DNA from: Nageia nagi | Lineage: Eukaryota; Plantae; Pinophyta | Assembly: GCA_050084985.1 (NCBI GenBank) | Contig: JBITNC010000001.1 | Location: 112,220,001 to 112,284,000, forward strand | Direction of reading: 5' to 3' | DNA length: 64,000 nucleotides | Shown: in pieces, positions 13,201 to 24,379 of the stretch | Layout of the letters: every line of letters starts with the position of its first letter | Position numbering within the stretch: the stretch's first letter is position 1 | Notes under the pieces: generated by a model | Databases searched by the model: none | What the model was told of the DNA's origin: nothing | The model's input: only the letters and a program-made list of their open reading frames with translations | Made by a program: the position numbers and the translations under genes

Positions 13201-15970
13201 TTCCTTTGGCTACAGGGTTGTTTCATTTATCCACTATCAATAGGTCTTTGTAGAATCTCTTTGCTTCTTGCTTAATTTCCTTTTCTTTTGAAGTTGAAAT
13301 ACCATCTAATCTTTTAATCCTATTAATATCATTGTAATTTCTCCTTATAGTTGTCATTCTAAAGAATTTTTGTATTTTTATCCCATTCTTTAAAGCGAAC
13401 CACTCTAGATTTTTTTCTTCATAGTTGTTCCTCCTAAGAGATAATATTATAGAATTTTGCTAAAAGTAACTTTTTTCCTTATCTAGCTCACTTGTCCTTC
13501 CTGTACTTAGTATTTCATTTTCCAAATTTTCTAATTTTTCTCTCATTTGAATGTTTCAAAAATGCACATTTTTATTCACTTTTATGTTATGAATTTTTAG
13601 ATTTCTTTTGACTTCATTTACTTTCTTAACTAACTTGTACATGGTTATTCCCTTAATCTTTATCTTCCACCATTCTGTAAGCTTATCCTTGAAGTCTAGA
13701 TGAGACATTCACATATTTTCAAATCTAAAGGGTGAATTTTTCTTTACTATTTTTCCATTTTAAGCTCTTTCAGTCTATGATCCAAAGATATTCTTGATAG
13801 AGAGTTTAGAATGGCATTGGGGTAATTATCTAGCCATTCTTGGGTAACTATTATTCTATCTAATCTTCTTTGTATGAAACCCACCCCAATCCATCCATTA
13901 GACCATGATTCTATTCCCTTTTAAATTGAGATAAATTAAAGCATTGTATCAAAAAAAATTTTGAAGTCTTCCATACTAGTGGTCATATTGAGTCTGCCTC
14001 CATATTTATCCTCTATATTCAATATAGTATTAAAATCTCCTCCTATAAGCCAAGGCATATTTGGAAATATTTTCCTACGGTTTGTTAAAAAATTTTAGAA
14101 CTATCTCCTCCTTGTTATAAGGCTTGGAGCATAGATGGTAGATATAATAAAAGTATAGTTTCATGACTTACATGTGATTTTCATAGATAAACATCTATTG
14201 GAGGGGCATTGTATCCTTTTTTCATCAATTTTCATAGTTACCGATAAGATCCAAAGTACACCTACTTTTCCTACTACTATGATAGCTTCATATTTATCCT
14301 CCCATCATAATATTTTTGCTATTTTTTGAATCTTATGTTTTTTGATATTTATTTCTTGTATTAGTAACATGTTTGGTTTACTCTCTCTCCTTATGTCTCT
14401 AACAATTTTTAATTTTTTAGGGTAGATTGCATCCCTAAATGTTTTAACATATAATGTTCATCATCATCATCTTCTACCATATTTGCTATGATCCTTCTTA
14501 ACATACCATATTTTGTATTTTGAATTGGGGCATTGGCTTTTTTTTGTTATTCTCTTTCTCTTCCACCTCATTTTTTTCATCTCCTTTTTTATATATCCTC
14601 CTCTTCTTCATCATCTTCTACTTGATCCTCCTCTTCTTCTTCTTCTTCCTTATTTGCCTCCTCCTATGCATCTAATTCATTTTTTCATAGATTTTTTTTT
14701 TTATTATTCTCCCTCATGATTTGTTACTTGCATGATTACATTTGTATTACCTATCAACTCATCTATTTTTTTTTCAATTCTTCCTCAACACTTGGATTTT
14801 GGAATTGAGTTTCTTCTATTTGAGAAGCCATTGTACCTTCTTTTTCTATTATAATATGCAACACCTCAAAAACATTTCTCTTTTGGGGTGAATCTACCTT
14901 TTGTGTATCCTTTTGATCCTTATTCTCTATAAAAGGAGCTATCTTATTTTGTATATTTCACTCTATGACCTCTTTAATTTTATCTTATCTAGATGTTTTG
15001 AATGACTATTGATTTACATCCTTATTCTTCCCTTTTTCTTGGTCAATTTTTTTATTTCAACGTCATGGTTATTTCCATGTTGCCCCCATTTTATATTAGG
15101 TATATAATAGTTATATATCTTTATTGATTTGATAATAATCCTTGTTGATGTTGTTTTCTATTTCTCCCTAGATGATCTTTTTCTATATGTCCATATCTAT
15201 TACACCAAACACAGATTTTTGGAGTTATATCAAATAATATCTTCTAGATGTATTCCTCTATTTTATTTTTTAGATATATATTCATCTTAATAGGATTTGA
15301 TATGTCTATATTGGTGGAAATATCGCTATCTAATAAGTCATTTAGGAGGTTTGGTAGGGATATCCACATTGAGATTTTTGTAAAAGATTCATTTAGAGGC
15401 ATGAATCCTTCATACCATGTCTTTAGATGTAGTCTACTTTTTTTGTACCCCCAAGACCCTTTTTCTATTACCTAGTGGATATCTTCCTCTAGGTTGAAAT
15501 TATGCATTAAGAAATATTTTGGAAGTGTTGCTATTTCCACCTCCCCTTTGAGTTTCCATATTATTTTGATCCATATCATTATATTTTCAAGTATTGGCCT
15601 TATTCCCATAAACTTTCCAATAAGGGTATTTTTTTTGGATTCCAGCATCTTATCATACATTATGGGATAATTATTATTGACATAACTTTAATTAATTCTA
15701 CCTTATGCACCATGATTGACATGCCCAGTTAAATTTCATTTTGTAAATTCATTTGAAGTGCTTCATAATAGGGTAAAGAAGCATAGAAAACCTTCCCATT
15801 AGGCGGGACCATTTTAGACTAAAAGAAATCACGTGCAAAGTTAGAGATACATGTAAAGCATCATATCTAACTATGTTTGCCTCTCTGCAAAACCTTCTAT
15901 GACTTTTACTATGCCCTACCCACCTACAACACCTACCTATTATAGTATTCAACCAAACCCTCACCTACAT
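10213..15970 (-). mobile_element. Near-full-length L1-clade LINE (ORF1 ~15700-14470; ORF2 EN-RT-zf-RVT ~14460-10700), degenerate
   Basis: ORF1: LIGKFMGIRP, MWISLPNL, CVWCNRYGH. EN: STIYAP, PWLIGGDFN, RRLDR, PFRFENM. RT: LRQGDPISPYLF, HHQFMND, PTRYLG. zf-RVT: CVLCKK-EESVDHIFLH and WWQIWKQR. A-rich 3' end (plus strand TTTTATTTATTTTATC ~10215-10229). The block is absent at the homologous site near 34786. Confidence 0.92.
12849..12876. repeat. (TTA)n microsatellite inside the LINE RT region
   Basis: About 9 TTA units seen directly. Confidence 0.9.
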
Positions 15971-16646
15971 ACAATGATTTTCTATCATGTTCTATTTGTT
16001 AAATGATATTTGTTATTATAAAATTATATTTTACAACAAATCAAAAATTAGCATTTCAATATTTTTTATTGACAACCCCTTCCACAAAAATTATGTAGGA
16101 TAAAACTAAATTTTCCCATTAGTATTTATTTTGAAGCACTCTAGTTGTTCCCATGGATCCATGTTATCCCAAGCAAAGAATTATGACCTTTTCTATCAAA
16201 TCTACATCTTTGACAAGAAATAAGGGAATTATGCAATTTTGTTCTAAATCTTAGATATTTTTCAAAACATATAACATATGTTTCCATATATCTAAGTTTA
16301 TCCAACTTCAATTAGAATAGGTAACATTTTAAGGGGCAAATTGGTGAATCAAGGCTATAATTTTAAATTTGTACTCTTTGATTTGGCTAGTATGGCCCAT
16401 GCTAGGTCTCACTTTAGAGCCAAAATTTTATAAAAAAATTTATATTTTTGACCCATGTAGCTGACCTTTCAATACAATTTCAAATATATTAACCCTTATT
16501 CCTAAACTTAATTTAGCTCATTCTCCTTGAAATTAAAAAAAAAAAAAATCCCACCTAAATAGCCACTTATAGGTTAGCATATATATAAATATCAAACTCC
16601 TTCATCCAAATCATACCACACCATCAAACTATGATATTGGAACTAT

Positions 16647-16984
16647 ATTTTCTCTACAATTAGGTCAAAAGCATTTTCTCTATAGCTAGGTCGAAAGCAT
16701 TTACTTTGCTACTAGGTTGAAAGCATTTTCTCTACTATCAGGTTGGAAGCATATTATTGGCTATCAAGATGAGAGCATTTCCAGTACTACCAAGTCAGGA
16801 GTATTTCCTTTATAGACAAGTAAGAAGCATTTTTTTTTTAGCTCGATAGGGAGGATTTCCTCTCTAACTGACTAGAGAGTATTTCTTCTACACTTAAGTA
16901 GAGAGCATTTCCCCTATATTCAAGTAGAGAGCATTTCCTCTATAGCTAGGTAGGGAGCATTTTTTCTACAACCCAATCAAAAGC
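16647..16984. repeat. 13 x 26-bp minisatellite with internal dyad symmetry
   Basis: Units start at exactly 26-bp intervals (16647, 16673 ... 16959). Approximate consensus ATTTCCTCTACAGCYAGGTAGAGAGC. Confidence 0.9.
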
Positions 16985-16986
16985 TT

Positions 16987-17569
16987 TTTTCATGATCTTT
17001 CCAATGATGAATCATTTTTTTCCAATAGATATCTAAAGAAAAAGTTATAGGCCATGATGTATGATTTGAAGATTGAAAAATAGATCAACCAATTTCAAAA
17101 GGGAATAACTTTTTCTATAAAAATCTAATAAGGAAAAATGATACACCATTAGAAAGATCATGAAAATTGATTTCTAATGAGTGGTTATGTGATCCATTTT
17201 TCTCAAACAATAAGTGTAAAGCATGGATTTCAACTTTCCTAACAGATGTAGAAAAATGTAATAGACCCAATTACCAAAAAATGTAGTCAACGTACTGTAG
17301 GAAAATGTAGTTAGGCCAATTGCATTTTTCTACATCTAGTGTGAAACCTCAAATCCATACTTTAGACTCATTATTTAAGCAACATGGGTCATGTAACCAC
17401 TTGTTTGGAAGATTTTTTCATGAACTTTGTAATGGTGTATAATACATCCCCATTAGATGTATCTTAAAATAATTATGATAGTTTGAAAATGTCTTATCTA
17501 ATTTTCAAGTTTCAAATTAAGCATAATTGCCCATAATGTTTTATACAAATATATAATGGGGAAAAAAAT
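16987..17569. repeat. Large imperfect inverted repeat (foldback) with a nested hairpin
   Basis: ~17014-17274 pairs with ~17307-17569 (for example AGATGTAGAAAAATG with CATTTTTCTACATCT). 16987-17048 also pairs with 17105-17166. Confidence 0.85.
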
Positions 17570-20094
17570 TTCTACAAATGTTTGGGTTACAAACTTTACT
17601 CCAATTTTTTACATCTTTTTTACAAATTTATATAAAAATTGCCTACCTATTTATCATATCACCATTAGTTTGCCATCATTTCCAAAGAAGTTTGTCGGAA
17701 ATTTGCCAAGATTTTATTTGTTAATTTAGGAGGGGGGTCTTAAAATTTACCCTGAATTGGAAGCTATTCCTAGCATCATAACAATCTAGTTCAAAAAAAC
17801 ATAGACCTTCTATGTGGGAAGGAACTTCAAATAAAGATGTTTGTAATGGTGGTTGAGTAGCCAAAGATTGGAGGATAGTCACACAAGTGGCAATAATAAG
17901 AATTTTGATTTTTTTAGTTATCTCCTTGGATTAATACCACCGTTGTTCCCACGATAATATACATGTTACTAGTGGCTTTGACGAAGCCATCTATCTCTAT
18001 TTCTTGGGATTTTTGGTTCCATGACATGAATGTACAACATCTCTTTAAAATTATTTGCATTTTTACGTCAAGAGGCGTTTCTACAGCTGCAGCATGGGGG
18101 TGGAGTGGGGGAGCAAAATGTCGCATGTGAGTCCATCCGTTAAATAATTGGCAGGAAAATAATTTTTTTTAAATTAAAATTATATAGCTGAATGAAATAT
18201 TAAAAGACACATCTTTCAAAAATTATTATATAAATGGAAGGAAGAATATCAAATATCATAAAAATTCATTCCCAAATCAATCTAGAGATGCAGTGAATTC
18301 AAACAAGCAAAGCTGGAAGAAAAGATTGTAAAAATAGAAGAGAACTTTAATTTTATTGTAAGTTAATTCTCTGCTATTGTAAATATATTTTTACTGTAAT
18401 ATTTCTTATTTCTTATTTTACATACAATTTATACTTTGAATTCTTTTGCGCTTCTTATCTTGCTGTTCACATAAAACTTTATCAAAAAATGCTCTAAATT
18501 CACAATGTTTTACATGTCTTGGTCTAACATATTCGTTGTTCATGCCTTCTTTTCATTAGAAAGTTATTCAATAAAATCAACAAAAGATCATAAAATCCCC
18601 ATTATACCAAATTAATTTAGTTTATATTGTTTCCATCACATTTCGTGGTTTTCAATTTGCCATGCATCTCCACCACGCAGTGCCAATGCACTTCTACTTT
18701 GATATTTGAATAAGTAGATTGATATTTATACTTTAACAGAGTCAATACAGTCATCCATAACATTATTTTATATGGTTGTCATTACATGTAGTGAATCCAC
18801 ATTATCGCCATAGTTTTTTGCTGGGCTCGGTAAACCTCTTACCAAAAATTATTGTGTATGCATTCTCTCATAATATTATAATTTTATGGTATAAGAAACA
18901 AATATTATAGGTATAATAAAAAATATAACTAAAAAATTTCAAAAATATTTAAGAGGATGAAAAAATACATAAATTTTATTTAAGAGAAGAAAGAATGCAA
19001 GTTCAGTCTCTCCAATTCATACTTACAAAGAATGGTGAGGGCCATGCCCAATGTTCTTTCTTTTACTGCTATGACGATACGTCATATGCAATAGTTCAAC
19101 TAACTTTTCCAGTTGCAAACTCATGAAGGATTTATTCAAGCCATAGCTTGAACCTATCAATTTAACAAGAAGTTTGAACCTATCTTGGATATAGCAATAC
19201 CAAGAAATGAGATAGGCGCCTCGAAATGATATCTCTTGATGTTTTTTGATATATAAGGGGTTATATCAAAGTAGTTAAGATATGTTTTGTAGACAACATA
19301 TTGTATATGGGAAAAAACACATGATTGTAACATTTTTAATTCATTCCAACATATTAATAAGGTATGCTCGCTAGTAAGCCATAAAAACTTTATGAACAAA
19401 TGACAGGTAGTTTCAATTTAAATGGTTAGAGAAAAATATCATATATTTTAAAAGTAATCACTCATTATCACACTAAAGATATCCATCACATTAAATGTAT
19501 ATAATTAAACATTACAATGATACATCTAATCATTTACGAAGTCTAAGATATTTGGTTAATGAAAGAAACTTGATTGAATGTTTGAGATATATAATAAGAG
19601 ATAATAAAAGGTATACAACAACTAACAAATATAATTTTAACTAAGGGACACCATGCATTAAAAATTTAAAAATAAAATAGAAAATTATGCACATAAAACA
19701 TGAAAAGTATCATTTGATACGAGTAGACTAGATGCCAATCTTAAGTGAATTTGACATAAAAAATACCTTTACACATAAAAGATACCCTAAAAATTATTTA
19801 AAAAGAAAAAACCTACTCAACTTGCCTTGCCTCCTTGCACTTTCGAGCTCTCCTGAGCACAAGAGACGTGAAGAAAAATCAAATTAATTTTGAAATTCAA
19901 AAGTTTACTACTATCTCTTAAATTTGAAATATTATTCATGGTAAGAAGATTTAAAATAATACCTCATATCTTTCACATTTATTTAATTATATTATTTATC
20001 ATTATCATTTAATATCTTCTTATTTTTAACTTATATTTTTCACTGGTAGGGCTAGCACAAATATGCATAATCACTTGTGGAGGAAGCTACATAA

Positions 20095-20620
20095 TCTCTT
20101 AATGAAAATGGCCTTCTGTTCTTCAGAATTTTGCCTCTCTGAGGTATTGCTTAAATTGGGAGAATTTGAAAGGCCTATAACGGCGTGCATGCTGGTCTTC
20201 AACCAGTTCAGGAGGTGCGCAAATCTCTTTCGCATTTGGAAAATAAATAAAATAACCTAGCGATATGCGATTCCCCCACCCGTTGTGGAAAACTTGGTGC
20301 TCCACGCTGCGGTACCTTCCATTGCTGCATGCCTGCACTTGCCGACCATTGCATTAATTCATCACTACAAAACATTAGACTAACCATGGTAATTCGATAA
20401 TGGCTTGACGTTCAACCAAGTACCTTCCTTTGATCTAATCGGGTGGCCACCCTTGTTATCTTGGTAAAGGAGAGTAATTCTCGGCATCCAAATCAAGGCT
20501 TGTGAGAATAATTTTGGTTATCGTTCGTACGACAACTTTCAAGAAAAGCTTGTACGTTTGAATAGTTTTGCTAAATGGGATAGGAGCAATGAATTATTTT
20601 TAAGCCTGTAAGATTAAAAT
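20095..20620 (-). pseudogene. 2-ODD pseudogene, type B copy 1 (exon 3 and deleted exon 2; exon 1 lost)
   Basis: ACSNGRYRSVEHQVFHNGWGNRISLGYF..YRPFKFSQF keeps the distal His and RxS. Exon 2 reads ILTSLDLDAENY joined to ITLLYQDNKGG. Exon-2 donor and exon 1 are deleted relative to B2. Confidence 0.9.
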
Positions 20621-22509
20621 ATTTCATTAGTTGTAATATGTATTATTTTTTAAGTTTCCTACAATGTTAGGAATAAAAGTTGTTTTGTTATTGAACATTA
20701 TTTTTGTATTAAATATTATTATATGAATTCATACAATATTTAATATATAATCAAGAAACTGTAAATATTAATGGTGCAATGTTCAAAATGAAATTAATTT
20801 AGATAAATTTATAGTGTAATTTTCTAGGTCAAGTTAGTTTTTGAATATGATAGTTATATATTTATTATTTGTAATTTCATATTAAAGATTATTTCATTTT
20901 ATTATATTTTATACTTTTTGACATTGTAAACATTACATTTAGTGTAATTTTTTTTGGAGGGAGTTCAATCTTAACACACATTGTTATAGGAACTTCCTTG
21001 TGATCATCAACGAGGTAAAATTTTAATGATTGCTTTAGAATAACTATAATCGAGAAGTACTCAAAATATACCCAAGTCATAATATGTTGGAATAACCATC
21101 TATACATCCAAACTGTTAACTCCTTATAGAAGAGTCAAAGCTTGAACCATTATGCTATCAATATTGGGGACATATGGTAAAATTTTAAGCATTAAATAAT
21201 TTCATATAATTAAGTCATTTGTTAATTTTTTTCATTCTAAAATTAGCTTAATTAAAATACTAAATTCATTTTAGTAAGGCATTTTATAGAACTTAACTAT
21301 CTTCAAAATAATTTTGATTTCTTTTGATTTATTTTTATTAGTGATTGAAACCTTTAATTGTAAATCTCTAAACCACCATTGATCAATAGAAAAATAATTC
21401 ATTCATTGAAAACTTATTGGAAAAAGTATTAGCTTAAATAAAGGATATTAAGAATGAAGATATTGAATGAAATGGAAGAATCATTATACATGGAAAATAG
21501 AAAAAATAAGAATACAAGAGTACAATCTAAGAAATTAATATTAATATTAATAACCTTTACACAACAACATCATCATCATTCCATGGTACCCTTAGTTGTT
21601 GAATAAGTAGTTCCCTATCTGCCTCTTTCACAATGTAAACCAACTTTAATAACTATAGAAATATCAAAATACATAATAGAAATGTTTATTTCAATTACCA
21701 AATTCTTCAAAACCATTTATCACCATAATTATCCTAACAAACCTATAACTAGTAATGGTAAAATATTTTTTGATAACAAGTGTAAATCATATGATCAAAA
21801 GGCATAGATTTTTATCTACATCTTAAAAACATGATCACAAAAATGTATTCCAAAGTAGGAAGCCACTACCCAACTATACCTAGTGATAGCAAAAAATTAA
21901 GAGAAACAATATCAATACATAGCCAAATGAACACTTCTATAAAACTAAAAGCTATAAGTACTCTCTAATATATGAATAGTGTATATGGTCCACTACATAT
22001 TCCATTATAACGAAACCAAGAATGGTAAAATTACATCCAAATAAGTCAAACAAATTTTTTCATAATATTTTATTTCTTTCATGGGATCTACATGACCTTC
22101 ATTTCCTATTTTATTTTTGAAAAATAAATAATTTCATTCAAATATTATATGCTTTCCTCACTAGCATGTATTGAAACTCATGCTGAATACATATAACCAA
22201 TTTCACTATGCATATAACCTAAAAACCTAAAATAAGAAGTATATATATTCATACAATAAATGAAAGTTATGTAAATCAGAATCAATAGTGTATTTATTTT
22301 AGATAAAACTTATATCATTTTTTATAATATTTATATTTTAAACCATCATATCTCTTATAGTTAAAAGATTCAAAAACTCTAAACTTTTGAATTAGAAAGG
22401 AAATAAAATTCACGAGAGATAACTATAAGAGATCTTTATGAAATATAATTATCAACCCTAAAATTAAAGAACTTTTATTAAAAAAAATTAAAATATTCCA
22501 AGGATCTAG

Positions 22510-23937
22510 CTAAAGATAAGTTGCAGCAAAATTGTGATTAAATTCATCCAAAAAAGGAGCCATCATGAAAAAGGGGAGTTGAATGCATATACCTAGACCA
22601 CCAAAAACTTAGACCACTATGCTCATAAGGGTGAATCCTAATTATATTTTTATAAAGAAATTGGAGATAAGAATCATCAAGAATGTGGCTAGACTTATCA
22701 TTCTCAATGAGATTTTGGATAATTTAAGGGATAAGTAAAGCAATATTTTGATCAGATGCTTCACTACACTAACTTCATTCTTAGATCATATTCATAATTG
22801 AATTAATAAATATTGGAAATTATCTTGATAAGTTGATATGGTTACTTTACCTCATAAATTTTTATTCTTTATTTTCACAAATGTGTAAGACAAGAACAAG
22901 GTTATGGAGCTGAGCCCTTCATTTCTTAATCAGAAGGAGCTACTTTTCAAGTGTTGATATAGTAGTTTTTATCTAAAGAAGGATAACATTTATGTGGTTC
23001 TTCCATGCTACAATTTGCCAATTTTACCATCATATTATTAGGATATGAGTATGATTTTTGGAATTACTAATATAGTAGAATTGTTGGCATTAATTGAAAA
23101 AAGTCAAAAGAATTCAGAATATAATGAAGAATGTTGAGTTTTACATTAACACTAGTATTAGAAAGAAATTAAGGTAAAATATCTATGTTGAGGAAGAATA
23201 TGGTGAAACTTGGTAACAAGAAATACTTATGAATACATGCCTACCAACTATATCATATGTACAAAATTTGATTATTATGCTAAGGAATATTGGGGTAAGA
23301 AAAAGAAAGGAAAGATGGAAGTACCTAGGTCATAGGAATAATGGAATACCCATGTGTAAAGGAATCAAGGATTATAGATAAATTATTAATTTAAAAAAAA
23401 GATAGGCGGAGGAAATTTTAAAAGGTGAACAACTTATGAAACTATGAACCTATTTTGTTCTTCAAATCCAAATGAAGTTATTAATATAGCTAAAACTATA
23501 GAGTAAGAGAGTTTCCATTACAAATTACATTTAGAAAAGTAGCAATTAGTAATGAAGAAATGGAGTAAGCCAAAAGTAGGAAGTGGAAAAGAAGTGAAGT
23601 ACAAAATACAAAAAATAAGGAGATAGATTAAGATAAATCATCAAAAGGTTATGAAGAAGTAGGAAAAGACCAAGAAATGGAGGTTGATAATGGAAACACA
23701 CCTTTCACAAGAAGATATTTTGATAATACAATAAGGAAGACACAATATATACGTGATAGAAATATGGGGAGGAAAACAAATTATGAAGTAATAATATACA
23801 ATATGATTGAAAATTTTAGCAATAAAACATAATGCACTTTGGAATAGAGTAGTGGTTGTAAGGTTCCAAGTGCTACTCAGTAATTTTTCTTAGTTAGAAT
23901 GTACAAGGATGTAATACCCAAAACAAGTAGAGGACCA
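22510..23937 (+). mobile_element. LINE ORF1 fragment, copy L2
   Basis: Collinear with L1 and L3; 3' truncated after GTAGAGGACCA. Confidence 0.8.
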
Positions 23938-23959
23938 TAAAGATAAGCTAGTTTAATCA

Positions 23960-24360
23960 TCTCCAATGATTAATTATAAAGAACTTCAAATGAATTAGAG
24001 CTTATAGATCTAAGTGTGATTGGGAATACTTTTACTTGATCCAATAACTAGTTTAATGACATTTTCATTCAATATACATTGGATAGGTCTTTATGCTCTC
24101 TAATTGGATAACTCAATTTATAAAATATCACATATGTTCCAAACTTAAGACTCACTCAGATTATATCCTAATCCTTTTCACAACTAAATCTTTTGTTAGC
24201 AAAAACCCCATTTAGATTTGAGGATATGTCAATTAAGCACCTTTAGTTAGAATATAGGATTCAAGAATGGTGGGATGAAAATCAAGTTCATGGAAGAAAA
24301 TTATTTCAAGTTGCAATCAAACTATTATTTGTAAAAGATAAATTGAAGGAATGGAATATG
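23960..24360 (+). mobile_element. LINE ORF2 endonuclease C-terminal fragment
   Basis: ELELIDL..GNTFT*SN..LDRSL..PFRFEDM..IQEWW..KDKLKEWN. Confidence 0.75.
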
Positions 24361-24379
24361 GTCATTATTAACACTTAAC

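Larger units (their letters stand above)
1860..21470. repeat. Segmental duplication unit 1 (LINE-ORF1 fragment, 2-ODD C/A/B copies, shared spacers)
   Basis: Anchor AATACAAGAG(C/T)ACAATCTAAG recurs at ~1900, ~21510 and ~37040. Long collinear matches such as 4400-6980 with 29450-32110, 8100-10187 with 32810-34786, and 20620-21470 with 36158-37000. Confidence 0.85.

Noticed and set aside
16647-16984. CRISPR-like array (regular period, palindromic units)
   Set aside because: Units abut with no unique spacers, the variable core is only ~6 nt, no cas genes are present, and the context is plant nuclear DNA.
16328-17757. Mutator-type TIR pair (GGGCAAATT.. / ..AATTTACCC) enclosing the array and foldback
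   Set aside because: Only ~9 bp match and no 9-bp TSD is visible, so element ends cannot be supported.
18060-18130. TGACG and CATGTG jasmonate-type motifs
   Set aside because: Short motifs expected by chance, and not positioned upstream of any intact gene.
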